Shown in pieces: positions 48,424 through 57,900 of a DNA stretch of 64,000 nt. The stretch covers positions 2,336,001 through 2,400,000 of the forward strand of contig CAVOFT010000001.1 of the NCBI GenBank assembly GCA_963695095.1, given 5' to 3'. This DNA comes from an uncultured bacterium (GTDB lineage: Bacteria; Krumholzibacteriota; Krumholzibacteriia; JACNKJ01). Both the position numbers and the translations under genes were made by a program. Under the pieces are notes generated by a model, which worked only from the letters and a program-made list of their open reading frames with translations, searched no databases and was not told where the DNA came from. Each line of letters starts with the position of its first letter. The first letter of the stretch is position 1.

Positions 48424-49286
48424 GGCTTCACCTCCACGGTCTCGAGGACCGGTCGCCCGGCGGCCGCCGGATCCAGCAGATCGCGCAGGGCGTCGCCCAG
48501 CAGGTTGAAGCCGAGCACCGCCAGGGCCATGCACAGGCCCGGGATCAGGGTCAACCAGGGAGCGCGTGCGCAGGTAGCCGAAGCCGTCGCGGATCAGGGT
48601 GCCCCAGCTCGGCTGCGGCGGCTGGGCGCCCAGGCCGAGGAAGCTCAGACTGCCCTCGGCGATGATCGCGCCCGCCATCCCCATGCTGAAGAGCACCCAG
48701 AGCGTGGAGCTGCAGGCCGGCAGCACGTGGACGAGGAGGATGCGCCGGCGCCGGCAGCCCAGCGCACGCGCGGCGTCGATGTAGTCCAGCCGGCGCAGGC
48801 TGAGCACCTGGCTGCGCAGGACCCGCGCGACCGGCGCCCAGCCCAGCACCCCCAGGGCCAGGAAGAGGGTGAGCAGACTGGGCCCGAAGGCGGCGACGAC
48901 GGCGATGAGCAGCAGCAGCGCCGGGAAGGCGAGCGTCATGTCGGCCAGGCGCATGATGAGGCCATCAAGACGGCCGCCGAAGTAGCCGGCCACCAGGCCC
49001 GCCGCCGGTGCCGAGCGCAAGGGCGACGAGGCGCGAAAGCAGCCCGACGAGCAGGCTGAGCCGTGCCCCGGCGACCACCCGCGCGGCGAGGTCGCGGCCC
49101 ACGGCGATCGGTGCCGAAAGGATGCACCGCTGACGGCGGCAGCAGGGCCCGGGAGGGCGCCGTCGCCAGGGGATCGCCCAGGCCCAGCCACTGGCCGCCG
49201 GCGGCTACGGCCACGAAGGCCAGCACCAGCGCGCTCCCGACCAGGAAGCCGCCATGCCGCCAGCCTTCGCGCAGACCCCCGCCCAC
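48420..49286 (-). CDS. Peptide ABC transporter permease (DppC/OppC-like), several frameshifts
   Basis: HPFGTD, AGYFGG, DYIDAARALG, SLSFLGLG, WG, FNLLGDALRDLLDP. Confidence 0.85.
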
Positions 49287-50220
49287 TCAGGCCCCCTCTC
49301 GCCGCGTGCGCGGATCGATCCAGGCATAGCTGAGGTCGACGAGCAGGTTGACGAGCACGAAGGCCAGCGCCATCACGAGGATAGCGCCCTGGATGGCCGG
49401 CAGGTCGCGCTTGGCTACGGCATCGAGCGTGTAGCGGCCCAGGCCCGGCCAGGCGAAGATGCGTTCGGTGAGCACCGAGCCGCTGAGATAGCTGCCGAAG
49501 TCGTTGCCCACGACCGTCACCACGGGCAGCAGCGCATTGCGCAGCCCATGCACCAGGAGCACGCGGGCCGGGTGCAGGCCCTTGGCGCGCGCGGTGCGGA
49601 TGTAGTCCTGGCCCATCACGTCGAGCAGGGAGGCGCGGGTCATGCGGGCGATCAGGGCGGCCGAGGCGGTCCCCAGCGTCAGCGCGGGCAGGATCAGATG
49701 GCGCAGGCTGCCCTCGCCGTAGCCCGAGGGCGGCAGCCAGCGCAGCTGGAGCGAGAAGGCGATAGATGAGCACCATGCCCAGCCAGAAGACCGGCACCGA
49801 GATGCCCGCCGAGGCCAGCACCATGGCGCCGCGATCGAGGAGGGAGCCGGGCCGCAGCGCCGCCGCGACGCCCAGGCCCACGCCCAGCACGGTGGCGATC
49901 AGCATCGCCGCCAGGGCCAGGCGCAGGGTGTGGGGAAAGGTGGTCGCGATCGCCTCGCGCACCGGCTCGCGGGAGACATAGGAGACGCCCAGGTCGCCGC
50001 GGACGAGATCGGCCAGAAAGCGACCGTAGCGCAGGGGCAGCGGGTCGTCCAGGTGCAGCTCGGCCCGCAGCTCGTCGAGCACGGCCTCGTCGTAGCGCTC
50101 GCCGGCGACGGCCTGCACGGGGTCGCCGGGCACCACGTAGAGCAGCAGGAAGCTGAGGAAGGTCACCCCCAGCAGCACGGGCACCAGGGCCAGCAGTCTA
50201 CGAATCAGGAAGCGCCGCAT
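49287..50220 (-). CDS. Peptide ABC transporter permease (DppB/OppB-like), frameshift near 49765
   Basis: PGDP, GDLGVS, PVFW, DYIRTARAKG, ERIFAWPGLG, NLLVDLSYAWIDPR. Confidence 0.9.
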
Positions 50221-51781
50221 CGCGTCGCAGCTCCAGGTAGTCCTGACCGTTGAAAATGAGGGGCGGCTGGTAGCCGGACAGGCCCGGCCCGAGCACCTCG
50301 AGCGAGACGGGGTGCCAGAGCCAGATCCAAGGCGCTTCGCGGTAGATCGTCTCGTTGAGGCGGTTCACCAGGCGCGCCCGCCCGGGGCCGGGCGGACTGG
50401 TCTGCAGCTCGTCGAGCAGAAGGTCCACGAAGGGCTCGGCGAAGGCGGCCCGGTTGCCGCCGCCGCCCAGGTTGCGCGAATGAAAGAGCGGCACCAGGAA
50501 GTTCTCCGCATCGGGATAGTCGGCCAGCCAATCGAGGAAGAAGGCATCGGCGCTGCCCTGGTTCACGGCGTCCTTGAAGGCGCCCCAGTCGCGCACGACG
50601 ATGCGCGCGGTGATGCCGACCTCGGCCAGGTAGGCCTGCACCGCTTCCAGCAGGCGGCTCACTTCCGGATTCTCCTTCTGCCAGATCTCCATGCTGAAGC
50701 CCTCCGCGTAGCCGGCTGCCGCCAGCAGCTCGCGGGCGCGCTCCGGCCGGTAGCGGAACTGCTCACCGGGATCCTCGCTGCGCAGCGCCGGCGGCACCGG
50801 CCCCAGGGAGCGCTGGGCGGCCTGGGCGCGCAGCGTGCGGATCAGCGCCTCGACATCGATCGCGTGATTGAGGGCCTGGCGCACGCGCAGATCGTCGAAA
50901 GGCGGCCGGCGCTGGTTGAGGCCGATGTAGGAGACGACCAGCTCCTCCTGCCGCAGCACCCGACCGCGCCGCTCGCCCGTCAGCCAGTAGTCGGCTTCGG
51001 CCAGGGGCACGCGGAGCAGGTCGAGATTGCCCACCTCGAATTCGGCAACCGCGGTGAAAGGCTGGGGGATGATGCGCAGCTCGAGCCGCTGCATGCTCCC
51101 GGGCGGCGCGGGCTCCCGGCGCTCGAGCAGGAAGCGATCGCCCTGATCCCAGCGCAGGAGCCGCCAGGGTCCGCCGGCGACCGGCAGCCCCCCCACGCGC
51201 AGGGGCCGGCCCGCCTCATCCTGCGGGTAGACACGCGTGGCCGGCATGGCCAGCAGGCCGAGGAAGGGACTGAAAGGGGCGGCCAGCTCGAGCACGAGCG
51301 TGCTGTCGTCGGGCGCCGTGAGGCCGGCCACATCGGTGGACAGGCCGTCGCGGAAGGCCCCCGCCCCGCGCAATCGCTCCAGCACCCAGCGCCGCGGCGA
51401 GGGCGACGCGGGATCGAGCAGGCGGCGGAAGCAGCCCCGCACGCGCCCGGCCGTGATCGGCGTGCCGTCGTCGAAGTGGCGGCCGGTCACGAGATGCAGG
51501 CGGTAGCGGCGGCCACCGGATTCCAGCTCCCAGCGCGCGACGAGGTCGGGCTGGGGCTGGCCCGCCGGATCGAAGCGGAAGAGCCCCGGATAGATGAGGG
51601 AAACCAGGGTGCCTGCGGTCTGATCGACGGCGAAGGCGGGATCCAGGCTCTGCGGCTCCTCCCCGAGATAGGCGCGGAAGCAGGCCGGGTCCGGCGGCTC
51701 GCCGCGGCCGCAACCGGCCGGTCCCGCGGCAAGCAGGGCGAGGAACACGGTGGCGGCGAGCGGCCGGGCGCGGCGTGGCAT
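50198..51781 (-). CDS. Peptide ABC transporter substrate-binding lipoprotein (SBP family 5)
   Basis: Lipobox PAGC; SLDPA, DGTPITA, GPW, RVRQALNHAID, WLADYPD. Confidence 0.9.
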   Translation of the reverse strand: MPRRARPLAATVFLALLAAGPAGCGRGEPPDPACFRAYLGEEPQSLDPAFAVDQTAGTLVSLIYPGLFRFDPAGQPQPDLVARWELESGGRRYRLHLVTGRHFDDGTPITAGRVRGCFRRLLDPASPSPRRWVLERLRGAGAFRDGLSTDVAGLTAPDDSTLVLELAAPFSPFLGLLAMPATRVYPQDEAGRPLRVGGLPVAGGPWRLLRWDQGDRFLLERREPAPPGSMQRLELRIIPQPFTAVAEFEVGNLDLLRVPLAEADYWLTGERRGRVLRQEELVVSYIGLNQRRPPFDDLRVRQALNHAIDVEALIRTLRAQAAQRSLGPVPPALRSEDPGEQFRYRPERARELLAAAGYAEGFSMEIWQKENPEVSRLLEAVQAYLAEVGITARIVVRDWGAFKDAVNQGSADAFFLDWLADYPDAENFLVPLFHSRNLGGGGNRAAFAEPFVDLLLDELQTSPPGPGRARLVNRLNETIYREAPWIWLWHPVSLEVLGPGLSGYQPPLIFNGQDYLELRRDAALPDS

Positions 51782-53049
51782 CAGCCGTTCATCACGCGCA
51801 GGAGGACGAAATCGCCAGCGCCGTGGCGGTCCTCGAAGACGTAGACCAGCCCGGCGCCCAGGTAGTACCAGTACTCGAGCTGGCGGAAGTTGCGGTCGTC
51901 CTCCACGAGCTCCGTGCGATCCGGAGCGCCGCGCTCCAGGTAGACCTGGCCCCGATCGCTGAGGTAGCCGTCGCGCTGGCCGGCCTCGAAGCGGGCGTTC
52001 GCCTCGCTCACGCGCTCGCAGAAATCTGCCAGGGCGCTGTTCTCGCCCCGGTCGCCGGCCGCCAGTCCTCGCCGGTCCCAGAAGGCCTGCCAGCGAGCCG
52101 CGCGTTCGGCGGCAGGGGCGGCCGCCAGCTCATCGCGCTCATCGGCGCTGGCCAGGGGCCGCAGGAGGCCCAGCGTGCGCTCCCACTCGCGGCCGAAGGC
52201 AGCCGGCGTCAGCCCCACGTCCAAGCGTCCGCGCAACTGGCGGCGCTCCTCGCCGGTCACCAGCTCGCAGTCGAGGCGGTAGACGCCCATCGCAAGTCTG
52301 GCCTGCGGGAGTTCCCAGGCCAGGCTGTGTCGGCCCGGCGGCAGCAGCAGCTCGCGCCGCGCATAGTAGAGCAGCTCGCCCCGCCGGTCCTCGAGGCTGA
52401 GCAGGAGTTCGCCCCGCAGTTCGCCCTCGCCCCAGTTGTGCACGTCGCAGGCGAGACCGATGGTCGCCGCGTCGCCGTCGGTGAAGCAGCTCACGGCGGC
52501 GGGGAGCCGCCAGGGGTCGTGAAAGAAAAAGGGCGGCGTCCGCTGCCCGCTGCCGCGGCCCGGAGCCCAGCGCGGGCCCTGGAGGAAGAGCGCACTGCTC
52601 GCCAGATCGGGCACCTCGAGCTCGAAGCGCTCGCGCCAGGGCTTGGCCTCGCCGCGGCTGTAGATGAGCGCCTCCACCCGCCACGCGCCGGGCCCCAGCG
52701 CCAGGCCGAAGCTGCGCCTGTAGTGCTCCTCGCGCCGGCGGCTGGCCGCGAAGTCGGGCACCGTGACCTCATCGTGCAGGAGCAGGTTGGCCTCCTCGCG
52801 GTCGCTGCGGCGCTCGGCGCGGCAGGCGATGCGCAGCCGGGCCGCGAAGCCCGCCCCGCTGCGCTCGAAGACGAGCTGCTCGTACGGAATCCGCAGCTCG
52901 AAGTCGAGGCGGGCGCCCCCGGAGTCGGGCAGGGAGAGGCTGTGATCGAGGCGGACGTCGCGTGGCAATTCCTCGCGCGCCCCGGCGAGCGCGAGCCCGG
53001 ACGAGACGACCAGCAGCATCAGGCCGGTGAGCGCGGTGCGCGATTGCAT
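51781..53049 (-). CDS. GWxTD-domain protein (copy 1)
   Basis: Signal peptide; FWDRR...RVSEANARF...GYLSDRGQVYLERGAPD...EYWYY...FED..G.GDF. Confidence 0.8.
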   Translation of the reverse strand: MQSRTALTGLMLLVVSSGLALAGAREELPRDVRLDHSLSLPDSGGARLDFELRIPYEQLVFERSGAGFAARLRIACRAERRSDREEANLLLHDEVTVPDFAASRRREEHYRRSFGLALGPGAWRVEALIYSRGEAKPWRERFELEVPDLASSALFLQGPRWAPGRGSGQRTPPFFFHDPWRLPAAVSCFTDGDAATIGLACDVHNWGEGELRGELLLSLEDRRGELLYYARRELLLPPGRHSLAWELPQARLAMGVYRLDCELVTGEERRQLRGRLDVGLTPAAFGREWERTLGLLRPLASADERDELAAAPAAERAARWQAFWDRRGLAAGDRGENSALADFCERVSEANARFEAGQRDGYLSDRGQVYLERGAPDRTELVEDDRNFRQLEYWYYLGAGLVYVFEDRHGAGDFVLLRVMNG

Positions 53050-53159
53050 GCCCTGTCCATGGCGGCTGGAGCCGGCGGCACGCCGGCCCCGCTGTGAACA
53101 TTCAGCAAAGGGCGGCGGCTGTCCAGGGCAAAGTGGCGGTGCGCCTCGGCGCCGCTGGC

Positions 53160-53834
53160 CTAGCGGCGCTCGTCGCTCTCGATGCGGCCGTCGCGCAGGC
53201 GCAGGGAGCGGTGGGCATGAGCGGCGATCTCCGCCTCGTGCGTGACGAGGATCACCGTCTGTCCGCTCGCGTGCAGATGATCGAAGATGGACATGATCTC
53301 GTCACCCGTGCGCGTGTCGAGATTGCCCGTCGGCTCGTCGGCGAGCAGGATGGCCGGCTCGTTGACCAAGGCCCGCGCAATGGCAACGCGCTGGCGCTGG
53401 CCGCCGGACAGCTCGTTGGGCTTGTGGTGGGCGCGATCCTGCAGGGAGACCGCTGCGACGGCGGCCTCGACGCGGCGCCGCCGCTCGCCGGCGGGCAGGC
53501 CGGCGTAGACGAGCGGCAGCTCCACATTGTGATAGACGTCCGCCCGCGGCAGGAGATTGAAGGTCTGGAAAACGAAGCCGATCTGCCGATTGCGGATGCG
53601 CGCCAGCTCGTCGTCGCCCATTGCCGACACCCGCTCGCCGTCCAGCAGGTAGCTGCCGCTGCTCGGAGAGTCGAGGCAGCCGATGATGTTCATCAGCGTC
53701 GACTTGCCGGAGCCGGAGGGACCCATGATCGCCATGTACTCGTTGCGGGCGATGTCGAGGTCCACGCCGTCCAGGGCCCGCACTTCGCTCTGTCCGACGC
53801 GGTAGACCTTGGCCAGGGCGCGGATTTCGATCAT
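53160..53834 (-). CDS. ABC ATPase, MacB/LolD family
   Basis: [44 protein letters not shown]. Confidence 0.93.
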   Translation of the reverse strand: MIEIRALAKVYRVGQSEVRALDGVDLDIARNEYMAIMGPSGSGKSTLMNIIGCLDSPSSGSYLLDGERVSAMGDDELARIRNRQIGFVFQTFNLLPRADVYHNVELPLVYAGLPAGERRRRVEAAVAAVSLQDRAHHKPNELSGGQRQRVAIARALVNEPAILLADEPTGNLDTRTGDEIMSIFDHLHASGQTVILVTHEAEIAAHAHRSLRLRDGRIESDERR

Positions 53835-53845
53835 GGCGCAGCCCC

Positions 53846-55210
53846 CTAGTGCGCCAGGGTCCAGCCGGTGCTGCGCTCCAGCTCGGCCAGGGCCGTCAGG
53901 TAGCCGGCCACGCCTTCGATCTCGCTGGCGCGGCCCTGGACCAGGGATACCTCGGCTTCCGTCACCTCGAGCAGGGTCGCCGCGCCGACGCGGTAGCGCT
54001 CGCGCGCCAGGCGGAGGTCCTCCTCGGCAAGCGTAATCGTCGCTCTGGCGAGTTCGATGCGCTTGCGATTGTTCTCGAGGGTGACGAGGGTATTCTCGAG
54101 GCCCTGCGCAACGCCGCGCGCCTGCTGATCGATCGCGTACTCCCGCTGCCGGTAGCTGGCGCGCGCCTGTTGCACGCTGCGCTTGGTCTGGAAGCGGTCG
54201 AAGAGATCCCAGCTCAGCCCGACCGAGAGCGCGTAGCTGTAATCCTCGCTGAAGACGTCAAAGGCCCGATCCGGCGGGCTGAGATCGTACCAGCTGAAGC
54301 GGTAGCTGGCCCCCACGCTTGGCCAGAGGCCCGCTTGCGCCACGCGCAGGTTCTGGCCGGCTGCGGCGCTGCGCAGGCCGGCGGCGCGCAGGGTCGGGTC
54401 GTTGGCCAGGGCGGCCGCGAGCGCGGCATCGCGATCGACGGCGGCGAAGCTGGCGATCAGCGGGCCCTGGACACTGAGCGGCCCCTGCGTCTCCCGGCCG
54501 ATGAGAGTGGCCAGGGCGACCCGAGCCAGCGCCCAGCCGTTCTCCGCCTCGAGCAGTCCCAGGCGCGCTTCCGCCAGGCGCACGCCTGAGCGCAGCGTAT
54601 CGGAGCGTGCCACCGCGCCCATGGCGAAGGAGCGCCGGGTCTGCTCGTGCTGCTCGCTGCTCGCCTGCAGGCTGCTCTGCTTGAGCTCTACCAGCAGTTG
54701 CGCCTTGGCCAGCTCGTAATAGGCCCGGATGACCGCCGTCTCCACCTCATTGCGGGTGCGATCGAGATCGGCGGTGTCGGCGGCCAGCGAGTAGCGCTGC
54801 CCCCGCAGGGAGGCCCAGCGCGAAAAGCCGGCGAAGAGCGTGAGGTCGCCCGAGAGACTGAAGTTGTAGGTCTCGTAGTCGCGGCTCTGGATCGGATCCT
54901 GAACGAAGAACTGCTGTGTGATGGTGTTGTACTGCTGGCTGGCCGGCTTCGGACCGACGAACTGATGGCTGTAGGACAGGGAGGTCGCCAGGCTGGGCAG
55001 GAAACTGCCGTAGGCGCCGAGCAGGCCCGCGCGCGTGGAAATGAGCTGCTGCCGGGCCGTGGCCAGCTCCGGCGAATGGCGATAGGCCAGCTCCAGGCAC
55101 TGCTCCAGGTCCAATGTCTGCGCCGTGGCTCCCGGCGGCGCGAGCAAACAGGCAAGCAGCAAGACGAGGCAGCAGCACTGGCGCGCAAGGCGGCGAGACA
55201 TAGAGGGCAC
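53846..55210 (-). CDS. TolC-family outer membrane efflux protein
   Basis: Signal peptide; two OEP repeats, [18 protein letters not shown]. Confidence 0.9.
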   Translation of the reverse strand: MPSMSRRLARQCCCLVLLLACLLAPPGATAQTLDLEQCLELAYRHSPELATARQQLISTRAGLLGAYGSFLPSLATSLSYSHQFVGPKPASQQYNTITQQFFVQDPIQSRDYETYNFSLSGDLTLFAGFSRWASLRGQRYSLAADTADLDRTRNEVETAVIRAYYELAKAQLLVELKQSSLQASSEQHEQTRRSFAMGAVARSDTLRSGVRLAEARLGLLEAENGWALARVALATLIGRETQGPLSVQGPLIASFAAVDRDAALAAALANDPTLRAAGLRSAAAGQNLRVAQAGLWPSVGASYRFSWYDLSPPDRAFDVFSEDYSYALSVGLSWDLFDRFQTKRSVQQARASYRQREYAIDQQARGVAQGLENTLVTLENNRKRIELARATITLAEEDLRLARERYRVGAATLLEVTEAEVSLVQGRASEIEGVAGYLTALAELERSTGWTLAH

Positions 55211-55306
55211 TCTCCCTTGGCTGGCGACCCCGGGCCTACGCGACAGCCCCTGCCGGGTTTCCCGGGGCCAGTCCCATCATGACACCCGAGCGGCGAGCCC
55301 GCGACG

Positions 55307-55335
55307 AAAAAAACGGGGGGCCGGGCGGCCCCCCG
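55307..55335 (-). terminator. Intrinsic terminator after tonB
   Basis: Minus strand CGGGGGGCCG-cc-CGGCCCCCCG-TTTTTTT. Confidence 0.8.
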
Positions 55336-55352
55336 CGCGGTCCTGGGTCCGC

Positions 55353-55982
55353 CTAGCGGCCACGGACCCGGAATTCGAAGGGGACGCTGATGGTGGTCTT
55401 CACGGGGACGTTCCGCTGCTTGCCCGGCTTGAATCGCCATTTCCAGGCCGCAGCGATGGCCTCGTCGACCAGGATCTGCGGCACGGAGCTGCTGAGCATC
55501 TGCACGTTGAAGACGTTGCCGCGCTCGTCGACGAAGATGAGCACCAGCACCACGCCCTCCATCTCGGCTTCGCGCGCCATTTCGGGATAGCGGGGCGCCT
55601 GGCGGTAAGTGGGCGCCGGCGCTTCATCGAAGGCATAGAACTGCTTGGGACCGCCGCCAAAAGCGGCCGAAACAGGCGGCGGGATGGCATCGATGTCCTC
55701 GAAGCTGGTGTCCTCGATCGTCTCCTCGTCGGATACCTCATCCGAGATCTCGATCTGCACCGGCACCTTCGGCATCTCGACTTCCTGCGGCGGCGGCGGG
55801 ATTTCGATGTCCGCGGGGATCTCGATGACTTCCAGGATCTCCTCTTCCAGCCTGTAGGGACTGCTCACGTACTGTGGCCAGAAAAGGAACATGGCCACCA
55901 CGAGGGCGAAGGTGGCCACGAGCGCATAGCGCACCTGCTTGGCGTAGCCCTGCTTGATGAACTGCTGAACGGTGATGACCAT
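55353..55982 (-). CDS. tonB: Energy transducer TonB
   Basis: N-terminal TM, Pro/Glu linker, PRYPEMAREAEMEGVV...WRFKPG. Confidence 0.9.
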   Translation of the reverse strand: MVITVQQFIKQGYAKQVRYALVATFALVVAMFLFWPQYVSSPYRLEEEILEVIEIPADIEIPPPPQEVEMPKVPVQIEISDEVSDEETIEDTSFEDIDAIPPPVSAAFGGGPKQFYAFDEAPAPTYRQAPRYPEMAREAEMEGVVLVLIFVDERGNVFNVQMLSSSVPQILVDEAIAAAWKWRFKPGKQRNVPVKTTISVPFEFRVRGR

Positions 55983-55997
55983 GGCCGTTCTCCTGGG

Positions 55998-56411
55998 CTA
56001 CCGGGTTGCCGATTCGACGTCGCTGGAGAAGACGACGCGCACCGCATTGATGGCCTTCAGCTCTTCCATGATCGAGTTCATGACCTCGTAGCGAACGCGG
56101 CTATCCGCCTTGAAGGCCACCACGAGCAAGGGGTTCGACTCCATGCGGCGCTTCATCACCGCCTGGATATCCGGTAGATAAACCAGCTTGTCGTTGATGG
56201 ACACCCGCCCCTTCTGGTCCACCCAGATGTTGGCCAGCTGCTCGCTGCTCTGCTTCTTCGAAGCCTCGGCGCGGGGCAGCGTGACATCGAGGCCGTTCTC
56301 CTGCTTGAAGATGGTGGTTGCCATGAAGAAGATGAGCAGCAGGAAGACGATATCCCCCATCGTTGCGGTGGGGATACCCGGCGCCCGCTTCTTGGCCTTT
56401 TCGATGTTCAC
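55998..56411 (-). CDS. exbD: ExbD/TolR family protein
   Basis: MGDIVFLLLIFFM; KADSRVRY. Confidence 0.9.
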   Translation of the reverse strand: MNIEKAKKRAPGIPTATMGDIVFLLLIFFMATTIFKQENGLDVTLPRAEASKKQSSEQLANIWVDQKGRVSINDKLVYLPDIQAVMKRRMESNPLLVVAFKADSRVRYEVMNSIMEELKAINAVRVVFSSDVESATR

Positions 56412-56419
56412 GGATCCCC

Positions 56420-56833
56420 CTAGCTGTCCGTCATCTTGATCGAGATCTTCTTGATCTGGGCCAACTTCAGCTCATCGAGGATGTCGATCATCACGCCGTA
56501 CTGGGCCTGGGGCGCGGTCTGGATGACGACGATGAGCTTGGGGTTGATGTCCTGGGCTTCCCTCGCGATGCGGCGCACTTCGCCGATCTTGGTCGGCAGC
56601 CCCTTCACCGTGATCGAGTTGTCCGCGTTCGCTTTGATCTCGAGGATGTTCTTGCGGCTGACCTGAGCCGCCTGGCCCGACTCGCCGCTGGGCAGCACCA
56701 GCGGCAGGCCCATGTCCTCGTTGAAGACCGTGCTCACGATGAAGAAGATCAGGAGCAGGAAGGAGATGTCGGCGACGGTCGCGTTGCCGATCTCGGGAGT
56801 CCCGCGCTTCTTCTTCCTGGCCAGCATGCCCAT
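56420..56833 (-). CDS. exbD: ExbD/TolR family protein
   Basis: VADISFLLLIFFIV; YGVMIDILDELK. Confidence 0.9.
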   Translation of the reverse strand: MGMLARKKKRGTPEIGNATVADISFLLLIFFIVSTVFNEDMGLPLVLPSGESGQAAQVSRKNILEIKANADNSITVKGLPTKIGEVRRIAREAQDINPKLIVVIQTAPQAQYGVMIDILDELKLAQIKKISIKMTDS

Positions 56834-56857
56834 GGGGTCAACCTCCGCCTCGCTGGC

Positions 56858-57706
56858 CTAGAGCCCCAGCTCGGTCAGCTCGTTGATCAGCTCCGCACTG
56901 GTCTCTTCCATCTCCACGACGAAGCGGTCCACCTGAGCAGTGAAGTACGAGTGAAAGAGACTTGTGGGGATGGCGATGATCAGGCCGGCGGCCGTGGTGA
57001 TCAGCGCCTCGGCGATGCCCGAGGCCACGAGCTTGGCGCTGACCTGGTCAGCGGAGGCGATGGCCTCGAAAGCGTGGATCATGCCCGACACCGTGCCGAG
57101 GAAGCCGAGCATCGGCGCCACGACGACGACGGCCGCGATCGCCGCCAGGCCCCGCTCGAGGAAGGCCATCTCGATGGCACCTGCCGTGTCGATGGCCTTC
57201 TCCACGGCCTGCGGGCCGCGGGCCGTCTTGAGCAGGCCGGCGTGCAGGATGGCCGCGATGGGTCCTCGCGTGCGCTCGCAGGTGCGGATGGCCGCGTCCA
57301 CCCCCTCGCTGCGCAGGGACTTCTGGATGCCGTACATCAGCTTGCGCGTGTTGACGCGGGCGCGCGAGAGCGTCCACAGCCGCTCGAGCACGAAGACGAG
57401 CCCGACGATCAGGGAGATGAGCAAGGGCCACATGAAGGCGCCACCGTCGATGAACATCTGCCCCGAGCCCGAGCGGCCCAGGCGCGTGCCTCTGAACCAG
57501 GCCTCGAAGCCGCCTTCGGAGTAGTAGGCGGCGAAGGCCTCGGCAAGCCCGGTGGTGTCCGAGTCGGCCACGGCACCCGGGGCGATGCGATAAGCGGCCC
57601 CACTCGCTGCTGCACCGCTCTCCTGAGCCAGTGCCGGCAGGGCGATCAGCAGGGTGAGCATGCCGACGGCCAGGAGAGCCCACGAGAGACGCTTCCAGAT
57701 GTTCAT
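56858..57706 (-). CDS. exbB: MotA/TolQ/ExbB proton channel protein with N-terminal extension
   Basis: APMLGFLGTVSGMI, GIAEALITTAAGLIIAIP; signal-like N-terminus. Confidence 0.92.
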   Translation of the reverse strand: MNIWKRLSWALLAVGMLTLLIALPALAQESGAAASGAAYRIAPGAVADSDTTGLAEAFAAYYSEGGFEAWFRGTRLGRSGSGQMFIDGGAFMWPLLISLIVGLVFVLERLWTLSRARVNTRKLMYGIQKSLRSEGVDAAIRTCERTRGPIAAILHAGLLKTARGPQAVEKAIDTAGAIEMAFLERGLAAIAAVVVVAPMLGFLGTVSGMIHAFEAIASADQVSAKLVASGIAEALITTAAGLIIAIPTSLFHSYFTAQVDRFVVEMEETSAELINELTELGL

Positions 57707-57837
57707 CGATCCCTACTCCTTAATCAGCGTGAATGCCGTCCGGACCGAACCCGACCTGCGGGCAACCGTGGTACGGACTCCCTCATCGACTGCAAGTGCT
57801 TTGGCATGGCGGGTTTCAACGGACTCAAGGGCGTTTC

Positions 57838-57867
57838 ACTATAGTGACCGCCTCCAGGGCCTGTCAA
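57838..57867 (-). promoter_or_regulatory. Promoter of exbB-exbD-exbD-tonB
   Basis: TTGACA-18 bp-TATAGT. Confidence 0.65.
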
Positions 57868-57900
57868 CCCGAAAAGCGCCCGGCCAATGGCACCAACTCC

